Source: Vulcanimicrobiota bacterium | GTDB lineage: Bacteria > Vulcanimicrobiota > Vulcanimicrobiia > Vulcanimicrobiales > Vulcanimicrobiaceae | Direction: 5' to 3' | Length of the DNA: 64,000 nucleotides | Assembly: GCA_003135555.1 (NCBI GenBank) | Contig: PLCF01000085.1 | Location: forward strand, 64,001 to 128,000 | Shown: positions 18,582-27,746 of the stretch, in pieces | Layout of the letters: the number at the start of each line of letters is the position of its first letter | Position numbering within the stretch: position 1 is the first letter of the stretch | Program-made: the position numbers and the translations under genes | Notes under the pieces: generated by a model | The model's input: only the letters and a program-made list of their open reading frames with translations | Told to the model about the DNA's origin: nothing | Databases searched by the model: none

Positions 18582-19250
18582 GTGCGCATCCTCGTGATCG
18601 AAGACCAGCGCGAGATCGCCGACGCCGTGCGCGCGATGCTCGAACGGCGCAAGTACGCCGTCGACGTCGCCGGCGACGGTGAGAGCGGCTTCGACATGTT
18701 ACTGCGCGGCACGTACGATGCGGCGATCATCGACGTGGTCCTACCCGGGCGCGACGGTTTTGCGCTGTGCCGCGATGCACGCGCCGACGGAGTCTCCACG
18801 CCGGTCCTCTTTCTGACGGCTCGCGATGCGGTCGAGGACCGCGTGCGCGGTCTCGACGCGGGCGCCGACGACTACCTGGTCAAGCCCTTCGTCGAAGACG
18901 AGCTCGCGGCGCGGTTGCGCGCGCTGCTGCGCCGCGGCGCGCTGCCGATCCACGCCACCCTCGCCGTCGGCGACCTCGTCGTCGACCGCGGTGCGCGTGC
19001 GGTGCGCGTCGCGGGCCGCGAGGTCCCCCTGGGCGCGACCGAGTTTCGGCTCATCGAGTATCTGGCCGCCAACGCGGGGATCGCCGTCACGCGAGCGCAG
19101 ATTCTCGAGCGCGTCTGGGGCGACGATTTCGACGGGTCGAGCAACGTCGTCGACGTCTACGTCAGCGCGGTCCGCAAGAAGCTCAACGCGGTCGGCGCGC
19201 CGAACCGTATCGCGACGGTGTGGGGAGTGGGGTACTCATTGCACTCATAG
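18582..19250 (+). CDS. OmpR-family response regulator
   Basis: MRILVIED, IIDVVLPGRDG, LTARD, GADDYLVKPF, VDVYV, TVWGVGY. Confidence 0.95.
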   Translation: MRILVIEDQREIADAVRAMLERRKYAVDVAGDGESGFDMLLRGTYDAAIIDVVLPGRDGFALCRDARADGVSTPVLFLTARDAVEDRVRGLDAGADDYLVKPFVEDELAARLRALLRRGALPIHATLAVGDLVVDRGARAVRVAGREVPLGATEFRLIEYLAANAGIAVTRAQILERVWGDDFDGSSNVVDVYVSAVRKKLNAVGAPNRIATVWGVGYSLHS

Positions 19251-20140
19251 TCGCGCGGCTGTGCGCATCCTATTTGGCGATCCTGGTCGTCGTGCTCGTC
19301 GTCGTCGACGTCGCCGCGTACCTCTACTTGGCCGCGCACCAGCGCGATCTGCTCCAGCCGATCCTGAGCACGCCCGAAGGCTCAGCCGTCTATGCCGCGC
19401 AGCTGCGCAAGATCGCCTTGGGGCTCGCGCTCGCCGACCTACCGGTGCTCGTCGTCGCCGGCGCGGCGGCTTACGCGCTGGCGCTGATCTCGGTGCGGCC
19501 GTTGGTCGCCGCCCGGGAACGTGAGGCGCGCTTCGCCGCCGAGGCGGCTCACGAGCTGCGCACGCCGCTGGCGCAGATCGCGAGCATCGCGCAGATCGCC
19601 CACGGCACCAACGCCGACGACGCTCTGGCGCGCATCGCGGCGCTGGCGCTCGATGCCTCGGGCACGATCAGCGATCTGCTCGCGCTCGTCCGTGAGGAGC
19701 GCGTCGCGCCCAAGCTCTCGGAGCCGGTCGATCTCGGTGCGCTGGCGCGCTCGGCGGTCGAAGGGTGGCGCCGCGACGGGCTTCGCTACGACCTCACCGC
19801 CTCCGAGCAGTGCTGGGTCGAAGGCGACGAACGGCGCTTGCGGCGCCTGGCCGAGAACTTGCTCGATAATGCCGGGCGGCACGCGCGCACCCAGGTCCTG
19901 GTGCGCGTCGCGCCCGACGGTGCACGCATCGCGCTCAGCGTCGAAGACGACGGGCCCGGGGTTGCACCCGAGTTGCGCGAGCGCATCTTCGAGCGCTTCG
20001 TGCGAGCCGACGACGACGATCGCGGTAGCGGCCTGGGACTGGCGATCTGCCGCGCGATCGCGCGCGCGCACGGCGGCGATCTCGTGCTCGAAGACCGCAG
20101 CCGCTTCGTGGCCCGCCTCCCGAGATTCGAAGTAACGTGA
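19220..20140 (+). CDS. sensor histidine kinase (2 TM, short periplasmic loop)
   Basis: AAHELRTPL, NLLDNA, VEDDGPG, GSGLGLAI; start codon uncertain. Confidence 0.9.
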   Translation: MGSGVLIALIVARLCASYLAILVVVLVVVDVAAYLYLAAHQRDLLQPILSTPEGSAVYAAQLRKIALGLALADLPVLVVAGAAAYALALISVRPLVAAREREARFAAEAAHELRTPLAQIASIAQIAHGTNADDALARIAALALDASGTISDLLALVREERVAPKLSEPVDLGALARSAVEGWRRDGLRYDLTASEQCWVEGDERRLRRLAENLLDNAGRHARTQVLVRVAPDGARIALSVEDDGPGVAPELRERIFERFVRADDDDRGSGLGLAICRAIARAHGGDLVLEDRSRFVARLPRFEVT

Positions 20141-20201
20141 AAGCTTTCTGAAGGCGTCGCGCGATCGGCTTCATGCGGCTCTCAGGGCCGCAGTCGAGGA
20201 T
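20138..20201 (+). promoter_or_regulatory. 47-bp four-box operator, copy 2, plus -10-like box (cupredoxin-cytochrome operon)
   Basis: TGAAagctttcTGAAggcgtcgcgcgatcggcTTCAtgcggctCTCA (20138-20184), then 11 nt and GAGGAT. Confidence 0.7.
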
Positions 20202-20207
20202 CGATCG

Positions 20208-20660
20208 GTGCGAATCACTTCGCTCCTCCTTGTCTTGGGATTGGCTGGTTGCACTCCCGGTGCGCCGCCCGCCGGAACCGGGACCGCCGCCGCGGCGACG
20301 ACGATGATCGACGTCTCACTCACGTCGTCGACCGCCGTCGCGACGGCGTTCGGGAGCGCGGGCGGCTTTTCGCCTTCCATCACCACCGTCGCGCTCGGCT
20401 CGACCGTGCGCTTCGTGAACGTCGACTCGTTCGCGCACACCGCATCGTCGTTCGGCGGCGCCGCATTTCCGGCGGCGTCGCCGCTGGGCGCCGCGGCGCT
20501 CACCACCTCGGGCGCGACCCTCTCGGGCGGCTGGACCAGCGGCGCGCTGGGCGCCGGCGATGCGTCGCCGGTGCTAGTCGCCGACAAGCTCGGCACCTAT
20601 CTGTACGGTTGTTTCTTCCACTACGGCGCGCCGATGCGGGGCGCCATCGTTGTGCAGTAG
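20208..20660 (+). CDS. cupredoxin (type-1 blue copper) lipoprotein
   Basis: Lipobox LAGC; GFSPSITTV, VRFVN..FAHT, YGCFFHYGAPMRGAIVV (His, then C-x2-H-x4-M ligands). Confidence 0.88.
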   Translation: MRITSLLLVLGLAGCTPGAPPAGTGTAAAATTMIDVSLTSSTAVATAFGSAGGFSPSITTVALGSTVRFVNVDSFAHTASSFGGAAFPAASPLGAAALTTSGATLSGGWTSGALGAGDASPVLVADKLGTYLYGCFFHYGAPMRGAIVVQ

Positions 20661-21786
20661 CCGCGCCGCTCTCGCGGCGCTGAGCCTCGCCGCGGTCGCG
20701 GCATTGGCGCCGCAGCCGGCGCACGCGGTCCCGCTGTTCGCGCAGCGCTACAACCTGCAGTGCGGCGCCTGCCATTCGGTGCTGCCCGAGCTCAACGCGT
20801 TCGGCAACGCCTTTCGCGAGCGCGGCTACCGGCTCGACGGCGCGCCCAAGCACGGTACGACGATCGTGGCGCTGCGCGAGCAAGTCGGCTACGTGAAGGA
20901 CCCCACCGACGGAACGACGCGGCGGGTGACGCCAGCGGGTGCGATCCTCGGCGCGGTCGAGGTCGGGCGCGTCGAAGCCTTCGTGCACGAGAGCCTGGGC
21001 AGCGGCGGCGGCCCGTCCTCGCTGTTCTTGGGCTATCTCGCCTACGGCGATGCGCACTCGGGGGTGCTCTATCGGGCCGGATTGATGGAGCTGCCGCTGA
21101 TCCATTCGCCGGGGCAGCGCAACGACACGCTCACGACCTACGGCTACGAAGGGACGCTCACCGGCCTCAACGACCTGTCGCTGGCGACGCCGCGCTGGGG
21201 CTTCGAAGCGGAGCGCAACGTCGGCGCCGGGCGCATCAGCGCGACGCTGGCGGTGGCCAACGGCGGCGGATCGGCCTACGGCGGGAAGCCCGTCTCGACG
21301 GGCCGCTCGGAGTCGTTCGCCGCGCCGGAGCTCGGCCTGTACGCGCGCTTTCCGGTGCTCGACGACGTGCACGTCGGCGTCGACGCGCTCTCCGGCTCGC
21401 GCTCGATCGGGGTGAGCGCCCGGCCGGCGTTCGACGACCGGTACACTCGCCTGGGCACCAACCTCGAGGCGCGCCGCGGACGGCTCGAGTTTCTGGCCGA
21501 GCAATGGTGGGGCCGCGACTTCAACGCCGACGGCGGCGGCAACCGTCTCGACTCGGACGGCGGTTTCGTGCGCCTGCGCTGGCGGCTCGGCTCGCATGCG
21601 TACCTAGGGGTCCGCGAGGACGGCGCCGCGGCGCCGGCGGCGACTCGGTCGCTGCTCTGGTACGCCGAGGCGCACGTGACGCCGCATGCGCGGGTGCTGA
21701 TCCAGCAGCGCCGGACCATCCCCGGCGGCCCCACCACCCTCGAGGGTGCGCTGACCATCGGCATCCCCTGGCCGCGCGGCCAGTGA
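20650..21786 (+). CDS. Cyc2-like fused monoheme cytochrome c / porin
   Basis: Signal peptide ending AHA; VPLFAQRYNLQ-CGACH-SVLPELNAFGNAFRERGY; remainder is amphipathic beta strands. Confidence 0.75.
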   Translation: MCSSRAALAALSLAAVAALAPQPAHAVPLFAQRYNLQCGACHSVLPELNAFGNAFRERGYRLDGAPKHGTTIVALREQVGYVKDPTDGTTRRVTPAGAILGAVEVGRVEAFVHESLGSGGGPSSLFLGYLAYGDAHSGVLYRAGLMELPLIHSPGQRNDTLTTYGYEGTLTGLNDLSLATPRWGFEAERNVGAGRISATLAVANGGGSAYGGKPVSTGRSESFAAPELGLYARFPVLDDVHVGVDALSGSRSIGVSARPAFDDRYTRLGTNLEARRGRLEFLAEQWWGRDFNADGGGNRLDSDGGFVRLRWRLGSHAYLGVREDGAAAPAATRSLLWYAEAHVTPHARVLIQQRRTIPGGPTTLEGALTIGIPWPRGQ

Positions 21787-21900
21787 AGGCGCGCGCTCTC
21801 TTAGGCCGTTTCCTGGTATAAGGCGAGCAACCGGAACGAAACCGGCTCGGTGCGCGCGGCGTCGAAGACGATGTCACCGCCCGAACCCTTGGAGCGCCTC

Positions 21901-22686
21901 ATGCTCGCGACACCAGCCCTTCGTTACATCACGGTCGAAGCCGTCGACGGCGTTGCGGTCGTCACGCTGAACCGGCCCGAAAAACGCAACGCGCTCTCGC
22001 TCGATGTCATGGGCGAGCTGATGGCCAGCTTCGAAGCGATCGGCGCCGACCGCACGCTCAAGGTCGTGATCCTGCGCGCGCTCGGGCCGGCCTTCAGCGC
22101 CGGGCACGATCTGCGCGAGATGCTCGATCGCAGCGTCGCCGAGTACCGCACGACCTTCGACGCGTGCGTGCGGCTGATGGAGACGATCCAGACGATCCCT
22201 CAGCCGGTGATCGCCGAGGTCGCCGGGGTCGCCACGGCCGCCGGCTGCCAGCTCGTCGCGACCTGCGATCTCGCGGTGGCGTCCGCCGCCGCGACGTTCG
22301 CCACGCCGGGAGTGAAGATCGGACTGTTCTGCACCACGCCGATGGTCGCGTTGACCCGCGCGATCGGCCGCAAGCGCGCGATGGAAATGCTGCTCACCGG
22401 CACGCCGATCGACGCGGCGACGGCGGCCGACTGGGGCCTGGTGAACCGCGTCGTCGCGTCCGAGGATTTGGAGCGGACGGTGCGCGAGCTGGCCACCGGC
22501 ATCGCGTCGGCGGCCGGGTTCGTCATCGGGCTCGGCAAGGCGGCCTTCTACGCGCAGATCGATCTCGATCAGCCCAAGGCATACGCCTATGCCAAGGAAG
22601 TCATGTCGATGAACGCGCTGGCCGAGGATGCGCAGGAAGGGATGGGCGCGTTCGTCTCCAAGCGCGCCCCGGCGTGGAAATCCTGA
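21901..22686 (+). CDS. enoyl-CoA hydratase family protein
   Basis: TLNRPEKRNALS, FSAGHDL, ATAAGCQLVATCDL, PGVKIGLFCTTP. Confidence 0.92.
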   Translation: MLATPALRYITVEAVDGVAVVTLNRPEKRNALSLDVMGELMASFEAIGADRTLKVVILRALGPAFSAGHDLREMLDRSVAEYRTTFDACVRLMETIQTIPQPVIAEVAGVATAAGCQLVATCDLAVASAAATFATPGVKIGLFCTTPMVALTRAIGRKRAMEMLLTGTPIDAATAADWGLVNRVVASEDLERTVRELATGIASAAGFVIGLGKAAFYAQIDLDQPKAYAYAKEVMSMNALAEDAQEGMGAFVSKRAPAWKS

Positions 22687-22782
22687 GAAGCTCGGACCTA
22701 CGCATTCCTACGGAGAGCGGTTAAGCACTCTTAACGGTCGGGTAAGGCGACCGCAAGGAATCGCCGCCGCGGCTTCCAATGA

Positions 22783-22907
22783 TGCGTCGTCAGGTGTGTG
22801 GGCCGCGTCTCCAACGGGGATGCTACGAATCGTCGCCCACACCCGGTAGTAGGGCAACCTGCTACGCGACGGCAGTAAGGCCCGCTTCACGGCGGGTCTT
22901 GCTGTTT
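22783..22907 (+). ncRNA. putative structured cis-regulatory RNA (riboswitch-like) or sRNA, family unassigned
   Basis: Four nested stems including a GCAA-tetraloop hairpin, then a terminator; G-U pairs favour the + strand. Confidence 0.55.
22872..22907 (+). terminator. intrinsic terminator/attenuator upstream of DUF5693 gene
   Basis: GCAGTAAGGCCCGC-ttcacg-GCGGGTCTTGCTGT then TT, 20 nt before GTG start. Confidence 0.7.
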
Positions 22908-22927
22908 GTGCGCGAAAGACGCGGCCC

Positions 22928-24904
22928 GTGACCTACCGCCGCCTCTTGCTGGCCGTCCTTGCGATCGGTCTGATCGCATCGTTGTATGTCGCCGCACGGC
23001 GCGAGCGGCACGAGCACCGGGCCAACCGGGTCGAGATCGTGATGGACGACGCCGACTTCGTGTCGCTCGCGCGTTCGTACGCCTACGATCAGCGGGCGTT
23101 TCTCGTCGCGCTGCGGCAGGCCGGGCTGACCTCGCTCGCGGTCCAAGAAGAATTGGGCGGTCAGGTCGCGGTCTCGCCGAGCGCGGCGCTCTACGCCGGA
23201 ACGGCCTTGCTGGCCCAAGCGCGGCTGACCGGGTTCCGCGATCCGGTCTTCGCGCGGCTCGCCGTGCACGGCATCCGCAGCGACGAAGTGTATCTCGTCG
23301 CCTACGATCGCGAGACCAGCGCACGCTACGGCCGCCAGCTCGCGCTCAAGTTTTCGAAGCGCGCGGTGCGCGTGCTGCGCGCCGGCGTTCCGGCGGTGTA
23401 CGCGATCCGCACGCAACCGGATTACTTCGCGACCGTGGGGCTGGGTTTGCCCGGCGACCGCGTCGCGCTCGCGCACGAGCTCGGCCTCAAGCTCGTCCCG
23501 CGGCTGCAGAACGACGAACGCTTCAAGCCGCCGCAGATCGGCGCGCTGCTCGGCGACGCCGTCGAGCACCACGACGCGCACACGGTCGTGTTCTTCGGTC
23601 TGCGCAACCAGGTCGTCGGCTACCCCAACGCGATCGACGCGACCGCCGCCGTCATGCACGCCGCCAAGCTCACCTTCGGAACCGTCGAGACCTACGACGT
23701 CAAGCAGAACCAAGCCGGCAGCGAGGCGCTGGCCAAGGATCTCCCCGACGCGACGGTGCGCGTCCAGGCGATCGCCAAGACCGAACAGGACAAGCTGCGT
23801 CCCGAAGAGATCGTGCAACGCTACGAGCTGGGCGTGCGCGAGCGCAACGTGCGCGTGGTCTATCTGCGGCCGTTCGCGCACCAGTGGGACGAGCGTTCGA
23901 TCGAAGCGTCCAACGTCGAGATCGTCCGGCAGATCGCCGCGGGCGTGCGCGCGGCGGGGCTGCGCGTCGGCTCTGCCTCGCCGTTCGAGCGCTTCGTCAC
24001 CCGGCCGTGGGAGATCGCGCTCGCGTCGCTCGCCGTCCCGGCGATCCTGCTGTTGCTGTTGGCCGAGTTCGGCATCGGCGACCGGCGTTGGCTGGTCGGG
24101 TTTGTCATCGTCGACGTCGCGCTGGTGTTGGCGGGTTTCGCGTTGCACCACGACATGGCGGTCCGCAAGGTCCTCGCCCTGGCCGGCGGGATCGCCTTTC
24201 CGGTGGCAGCGTTCGCGGCGATCGCCCCGGCGTTCGGCGCCGCGCGAGCGAGCTCGACGGGCGGGGCGTTCCTCGACGGCGTGCGCGTCCTGGTCATCGC
24301 CACGTTGGTCGCCCTGTGCGGTGCGCTCGTCGTGGTCGGGCTGCTGTCGACGCCGCTGACGATGACCGAGATCGACCGCTTCAGTGGCGTCAAACTGGTG
24401 TTGGCCGTGCCGCCGCTGGCGTGTCTGCTGCTGTACTTGTTCACGCCGCGCTGGGGCTCCAAGCTCACGCCCACGACGCTGAGCGAAGCGCCGGTGACGG
24501 TGCTGCAACTCGTCGCCGGGCTCGTGCTGCTGGCCGCGGGGTATCTCGTGCTGGCGCGCAGCGGCAACCAAAGCGATATCGCGCCGTCGACGTTGGAACT
24601 CGCGCTGCGCTCGCATCTGAGCACCATCTTGCAAGTGCGGCCGCGCTTCAAGGAGTTCGTCGTCGGCTTCCCCGCCTTGATGCTGCTGCCCGCGCTGGTC
24701 CCGGCCGATCGCGCGCGCTGGGGCTGGCTGTTCGCGCTGGCGATCGGCGTCGGCCTGGCCGACGTGGTCGACACGTTCTCGCACCTGCACACGCACCTCT
24801 CGGTCTCGGTGCTGCGGCTGATCAACGGCGCCGTGATCGGCGTGATCGTCGGTGCGATCGCGATCGTGGCGTACCGCCGCTTCCGCCGTGCCGAGCCCAC
24901 GTGA
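22928..24904 (+). CDS. DUF5693-like membrane protein
   Basis: N-terminal TM, GVRERNVRVVYLRP, FSGVKL, VRPRFKEFVVGFP, DTFSHLHT; adjacent to csaB as is usual for this family. Confidence 0.8.
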   Translation: MTYRRLLLAVLAIGLIASLYVAARRERHEHRANRVEIVMDDADFVSLARSYAYDQRAFLVALRQAGLTSLAVQEELGGQVAVSPSAALYAGTALLAQARLTGFRDPVFARLAVHGIRSDEVYLVAYDRETSARYGRQLALKFSKRAVRVLRAGVPAVYAIRTQPDYFATVGLGLPGDRVALAHELGLKLVPRLQNDERFKPPQIGALLGDAVEHHDAHTVVFFGLRNQVVGYPNAIDATAAVMHAAKLTFGTVETYDVKQNQAGSEALAKDLPDATVRVQAIAKTEQDKLRPEEIVQRYELGVRERNVRVVYLRPFAHQWDERSIEASNVEIVRQIAAGVRAAGLRVGSASPFERFVTRPWEIALASLAVPAILLLLLAEFGIGDRRWLVGFVIVDVALVLAGFALHHDMAVRKVLALAGGIAFPVAAFAAIAPAFGAARASSTGGAFLDGVRVLVIATLVALCGALVVVGLLSTPLTMTEIDRFSGVKLVLAVPPLACLLLYLFTPRWGSKLTPTTLSEAPVTVLQLVAGLVLLAAGYLVLARSGNQSDIAPSTLELALRSHLSTILQVRPRFKEFVVGFPALMLLPALVPADRARWGWLFALAIGVGLADVVDTFSHLHTHLSVSVLRLINGAVIGVIVGAIAIVAYRRFRRAEPT

Positions 24905-24905
24905 C

Positions 24906-26021
24906 TTGCGGTTCTTGATCAGCGGCTACTACGGCTTCGGAAATCTCGGTGACGAGGCGCTCTTGGAGGTGATCGTCGAGCGGCTGCGAGCTCGCTGGCC
25001 CGCCGCTGCGGTCGACGTGCTCAGCGCCGATCCGGCGGGGACTGCGCGCAGCTACGGGGTGGAAGCGACCCCGCGCATGGATCTCGGGCGCGTTCGCGCC
25101 GCGATTGGCCGCGCCGACGTCGTGCTCTCCGGCGGCGGCGGCCTGCTGCAGAACGTCACCAGTCTGGGGAGCCTGCTCTACTACGGCGGCGTGATCCGCT
25201 CGGCGATCCGCGCGAGAAAACCCACCATGGTCTTCGCGCAATCGATCGGCCCGCTCGACTTTTGGGGCCGCGCCGTGGTGCGCACGTTCTGCAAGGGGCT
25301 CAGCGCGGCGACGGTGCGCGACGAACGGTCGCGCGCGCTGCTCGGCGAGCTGCTTCCCGGGACACCGGTCGAGCGGACCGCCGATCCCGTCTTTCTCATC
25401 GATCCGGCGCCCGAGCCGCTCGATCTGGCCAGCGAAGGCCTGGGCGATTCCGACGCGCCGCTGGTGGTCGTCGCGGTCCGCAAATGGCAGGGCGCCGAAA
25501 CGACCGCGCGTACGCTGGCGGCGGTCGTCGACCATCTGGCCGCCGTGCACGGCGCGCGCGTCGCCTTCCTCCCCTTCGGCGGCCCGCCCGACGCCGAGGT
25601 CGCTACCACGATCATCCGGCGCTGCGCCTCGACGCCGGTGCTGCTGCCGGACTACCCGCTCGCGCAAGCGGCCCAGGTCGTCGCGCGCGCCGCGCTGGTC
25701 GTCGGGATGCGACTGCACGCGCTGGTCCTCGCCGCGCGATTGGGCGTCCCCTTCCTCGCCATTTCGTACGATCCCAAAGTCTCGGCGCTGCTCGAAGACT
25801 TGCGCTACCCCGCCGGTCCGCTGTTCGTTCCGGGCCGGCCGCCTCCGGCCGCCGACGCGTTGCTGGGGCGCGTCGACGATGCTTGGCGGCGCCGCGACGA
25901 GCTGGCCGCGCATTTGCGCAGCGTCCGCCCCGAAATCGAGCGGCTCGCCGAGCGCAACTTCGACGTGCTTGGCGAACTTGTGACACGCACGACACGCGAG
26001 GCGGCGGGAACCGAGGGCTGA
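24906..26021 (+). CDS. csaB: polysaccharide pyruvyl transferase CsaB
   Basis: LISGYYGFGNLGDEALL, SGGGGLLQNVTS, AQSIGPL, VRDERS, GMRLHA, SYDPKV. Confidence 0.9.
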   Translation: MRFLISGYYGFGNLGDEALLEVIVERLRARWPAAAVDVLSADPAGTARSYGVEATPRMDLGRVRAAIGRADVVLSGGGGLLQNVTSLGSLLYYGGVIRSAIRARKPTMVFAQSIGPLDFWGRAVVRTFCKGLSAATVRDERSRALLGELLPGTPVERTADPVFLIDPAPEPLDLASEGLGDSDAPLVVVAVRKWQGAETTARTLAAVVDHLAAVHGARVAFLPFGGPPDAEVATTIIRRCASTPVLLPDYPLAQAAQVVARAALVVGMRLHALVLAARLGVPFLAISYDPKVSALLEDLRYPAGPLFVPGRPPPAADALLGRVDDAWRRRDELAAHLRSVRPEIERLAERNFDVLGELVTRTTREAAGTEG

Positions 26022-26041
26022 CGCGCGAAGCGGCTGCGACT

Positions 26042-26800
26042 GTGGCGCGGCAGACTCTGACCCTGGGTCGTCTGTTCGATGTCCGCGTAGGCGTGCACGT
26101 TTCGTGGCTCGCCGTGTACGCGTTCATGACGTTCGCGCTGGCGCGTGGCCTGGGCATGCTGCCGCAGCCCGCCGCGTACACCTTCGCGGCGATCTGCGCC
26201 CTGGCGCTCTTCGGCAGCGTGGTCGCGCACGAGCTCGCGCACGCACTCGTCGCGCGCCGCTTCGGGGTGCGCACCAATGCGATCACGCTGTTCCTGTTGG
26301 GCGGCGTCGCCACGCTCGAAGAAGAGCCGGCCTCGCCGCGGGCCGACGCGCTCATCGCACTGGCCGGACCGGCGCTCAGCGCGGCGATCGCGATCCTCGC
26401 GCTGGGCCTGCTCTACGCGCTCGACCGGTTCGCTCCCGGCGGCTCGCTGCGCACCGCGCTGGGCACGCTCGACACCTACGTCGTCATCGCCAACGCCGTG
26501 TTGGCGGTGTTCAACCTCGTCCCGGCCTACCCCATGGACGGCGGCCGCGTATTGCGCGCGATCCTGTGGCGCGGCTCGGGCGATCGGGATGCGGCGACCA
26601 CCACCGCCGCGCGCGTGGGCATCGCGTTCGCGCTGCTGATCGTCTCCGCCGGCGTCTTGGTCGCCGCCGCGACGCACAGCCTCGTCTACGGCTGGTACGT
26701 TCTGCTCGGCGTCTTTCTGTTGCGCCATGGTTGGGCGCAGGAGCGAGCCGCGCGCACCTCGGGGCGCCGCAGCGACGCCGACGTCCCCGCCGCGGCGTAG
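26042..26800 (+). CDS. site-2 protease (M50) family protein
   Basis: HELAH, LFLLGGVA, IALAGP, FNLVPAYPMDGGRVL. Confidence 0.92.
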   Translation: MARQTLTLGRLFDVRVGVHVSWLAVYAFMTFALARGLGMLPQPAAYTFAAICALALFGSVVAHELAHALVARRFGVRTNAITLFLLGGVATLEEEPASPRADALIALAGPALSAAIAILALGLLYALDRFAPGGSLRTALGTLDTYVVIANAVLAVFNLVPAYPMDGGRVLRAILWRGSGDRDAATTTAARVGIAFALLIVSAGVLVAAATHSLVYGWYVLLGVFLLRHGWAQERAARTSGRRSDADVPAAA

Positions 26801-26825
26801 GCGGCAGCCCGTGGTCCGCTCGCTC

Positions 26826-27263
26826 GTGAATCGATGCGTCCTCGGCGCCGCGCTCGGCGCCCTCGTCCTCGCCGCGCCGGTGGCGGCGCGCGCGGCGATC
26901 GACCCGTGCTCGCTCATCCCGACGGCGCAGGTTCGAGCGATGACCGGCGGCACGGGCAAGGGGAGTTGGCATCACGCCGTCGGTCACGGCCGCTACGCGC
27001 AGGAGACCTGCCACTACGACGGACCGCTCAAGCGCGCCGTGCTCGTCGCCGTGCATCTCGACGCGCGGCCGTTCGCCACGGTGAAGTCGATGACCAAGCC
27101 GCTCCCCGGCGTCGGCGCCGACGCGATCTACATGGCCGGCCCGACGAGCGTGATCGCGTTCGTGAAGCACGGGCACTACGTCTCGATGAGCTGGAACGCC
27201 GATCCCGGCAAACCGTCGCCGCAGTTTCTCGCGGCCGCGAAGGCGGCAGCCGCGAAACTCTAG
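26826..27263 (+). CDS. secreted hypothetical protein (DUF3558-like)
   Basis: Signal peptide; DPCSLI...CHY...LPGVGADA pattern. Confidence 0.65.
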   Translation: MNRCVLGAALGALVLAAPVAARAAIDPCSLIPTAQVRAMTGGTGKGSWHHAVGHGRYAQETCHYDGPLKRAVLVAVHLDARPFATVKSMTKPLPGVGADAIYMAGPTSVIAFVKHGHYVSMSWNADPGKPSPQFLAAAKAAAAKL

Positions 27264-27746
27264 TCCCGCGGGGTTGTGACCTCGGCGCCGACGATAGCCG
27301 AATATGGGAATAGGCGACAATCGCTTAGTGCGGCTTTGCCCGGATCGAGACACTGCTGATTGTCGTGGACCTGACCGTTGCAGGTGGCACGAAGTCCGGA
27401 GGCTGCACGCATGCGAAGACCCAGGCTCTAGGCCGTGCCAAAGCCGATTTAGGAAAGGGTCGCATCTCCCATCACGATGGCGCGATGTTGACCGGGATCG
27501 TTATCGTCGCTGAGGTGCCGTCGCTGCGACTTGCGACCAGTGAAGTCTGCAAGGTCGCTTGGCCGACCGGGACGGTCCAATCCCTTCGGGGGACCTATCT
27601 AGCCACTGAGTCGAAACCACTTCAAGCGGACAATTTGGTGAACAAGTCTCGCGCTAAGTATATGAAAAAACTCTGGCACTTGTGGCCGGATCATCGGATT
27701 TAGTGACAGCACCCGCTTGTCGGCCCCGTTGAGCAGGAGGTGCCTA

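Noticed and set aside
27304..27703. ORFs 27304-27513 and 27365-27703 as genes
   Set aside because: No RBS, atypical composition and no recognisable motif; kept only as a possible remnant.
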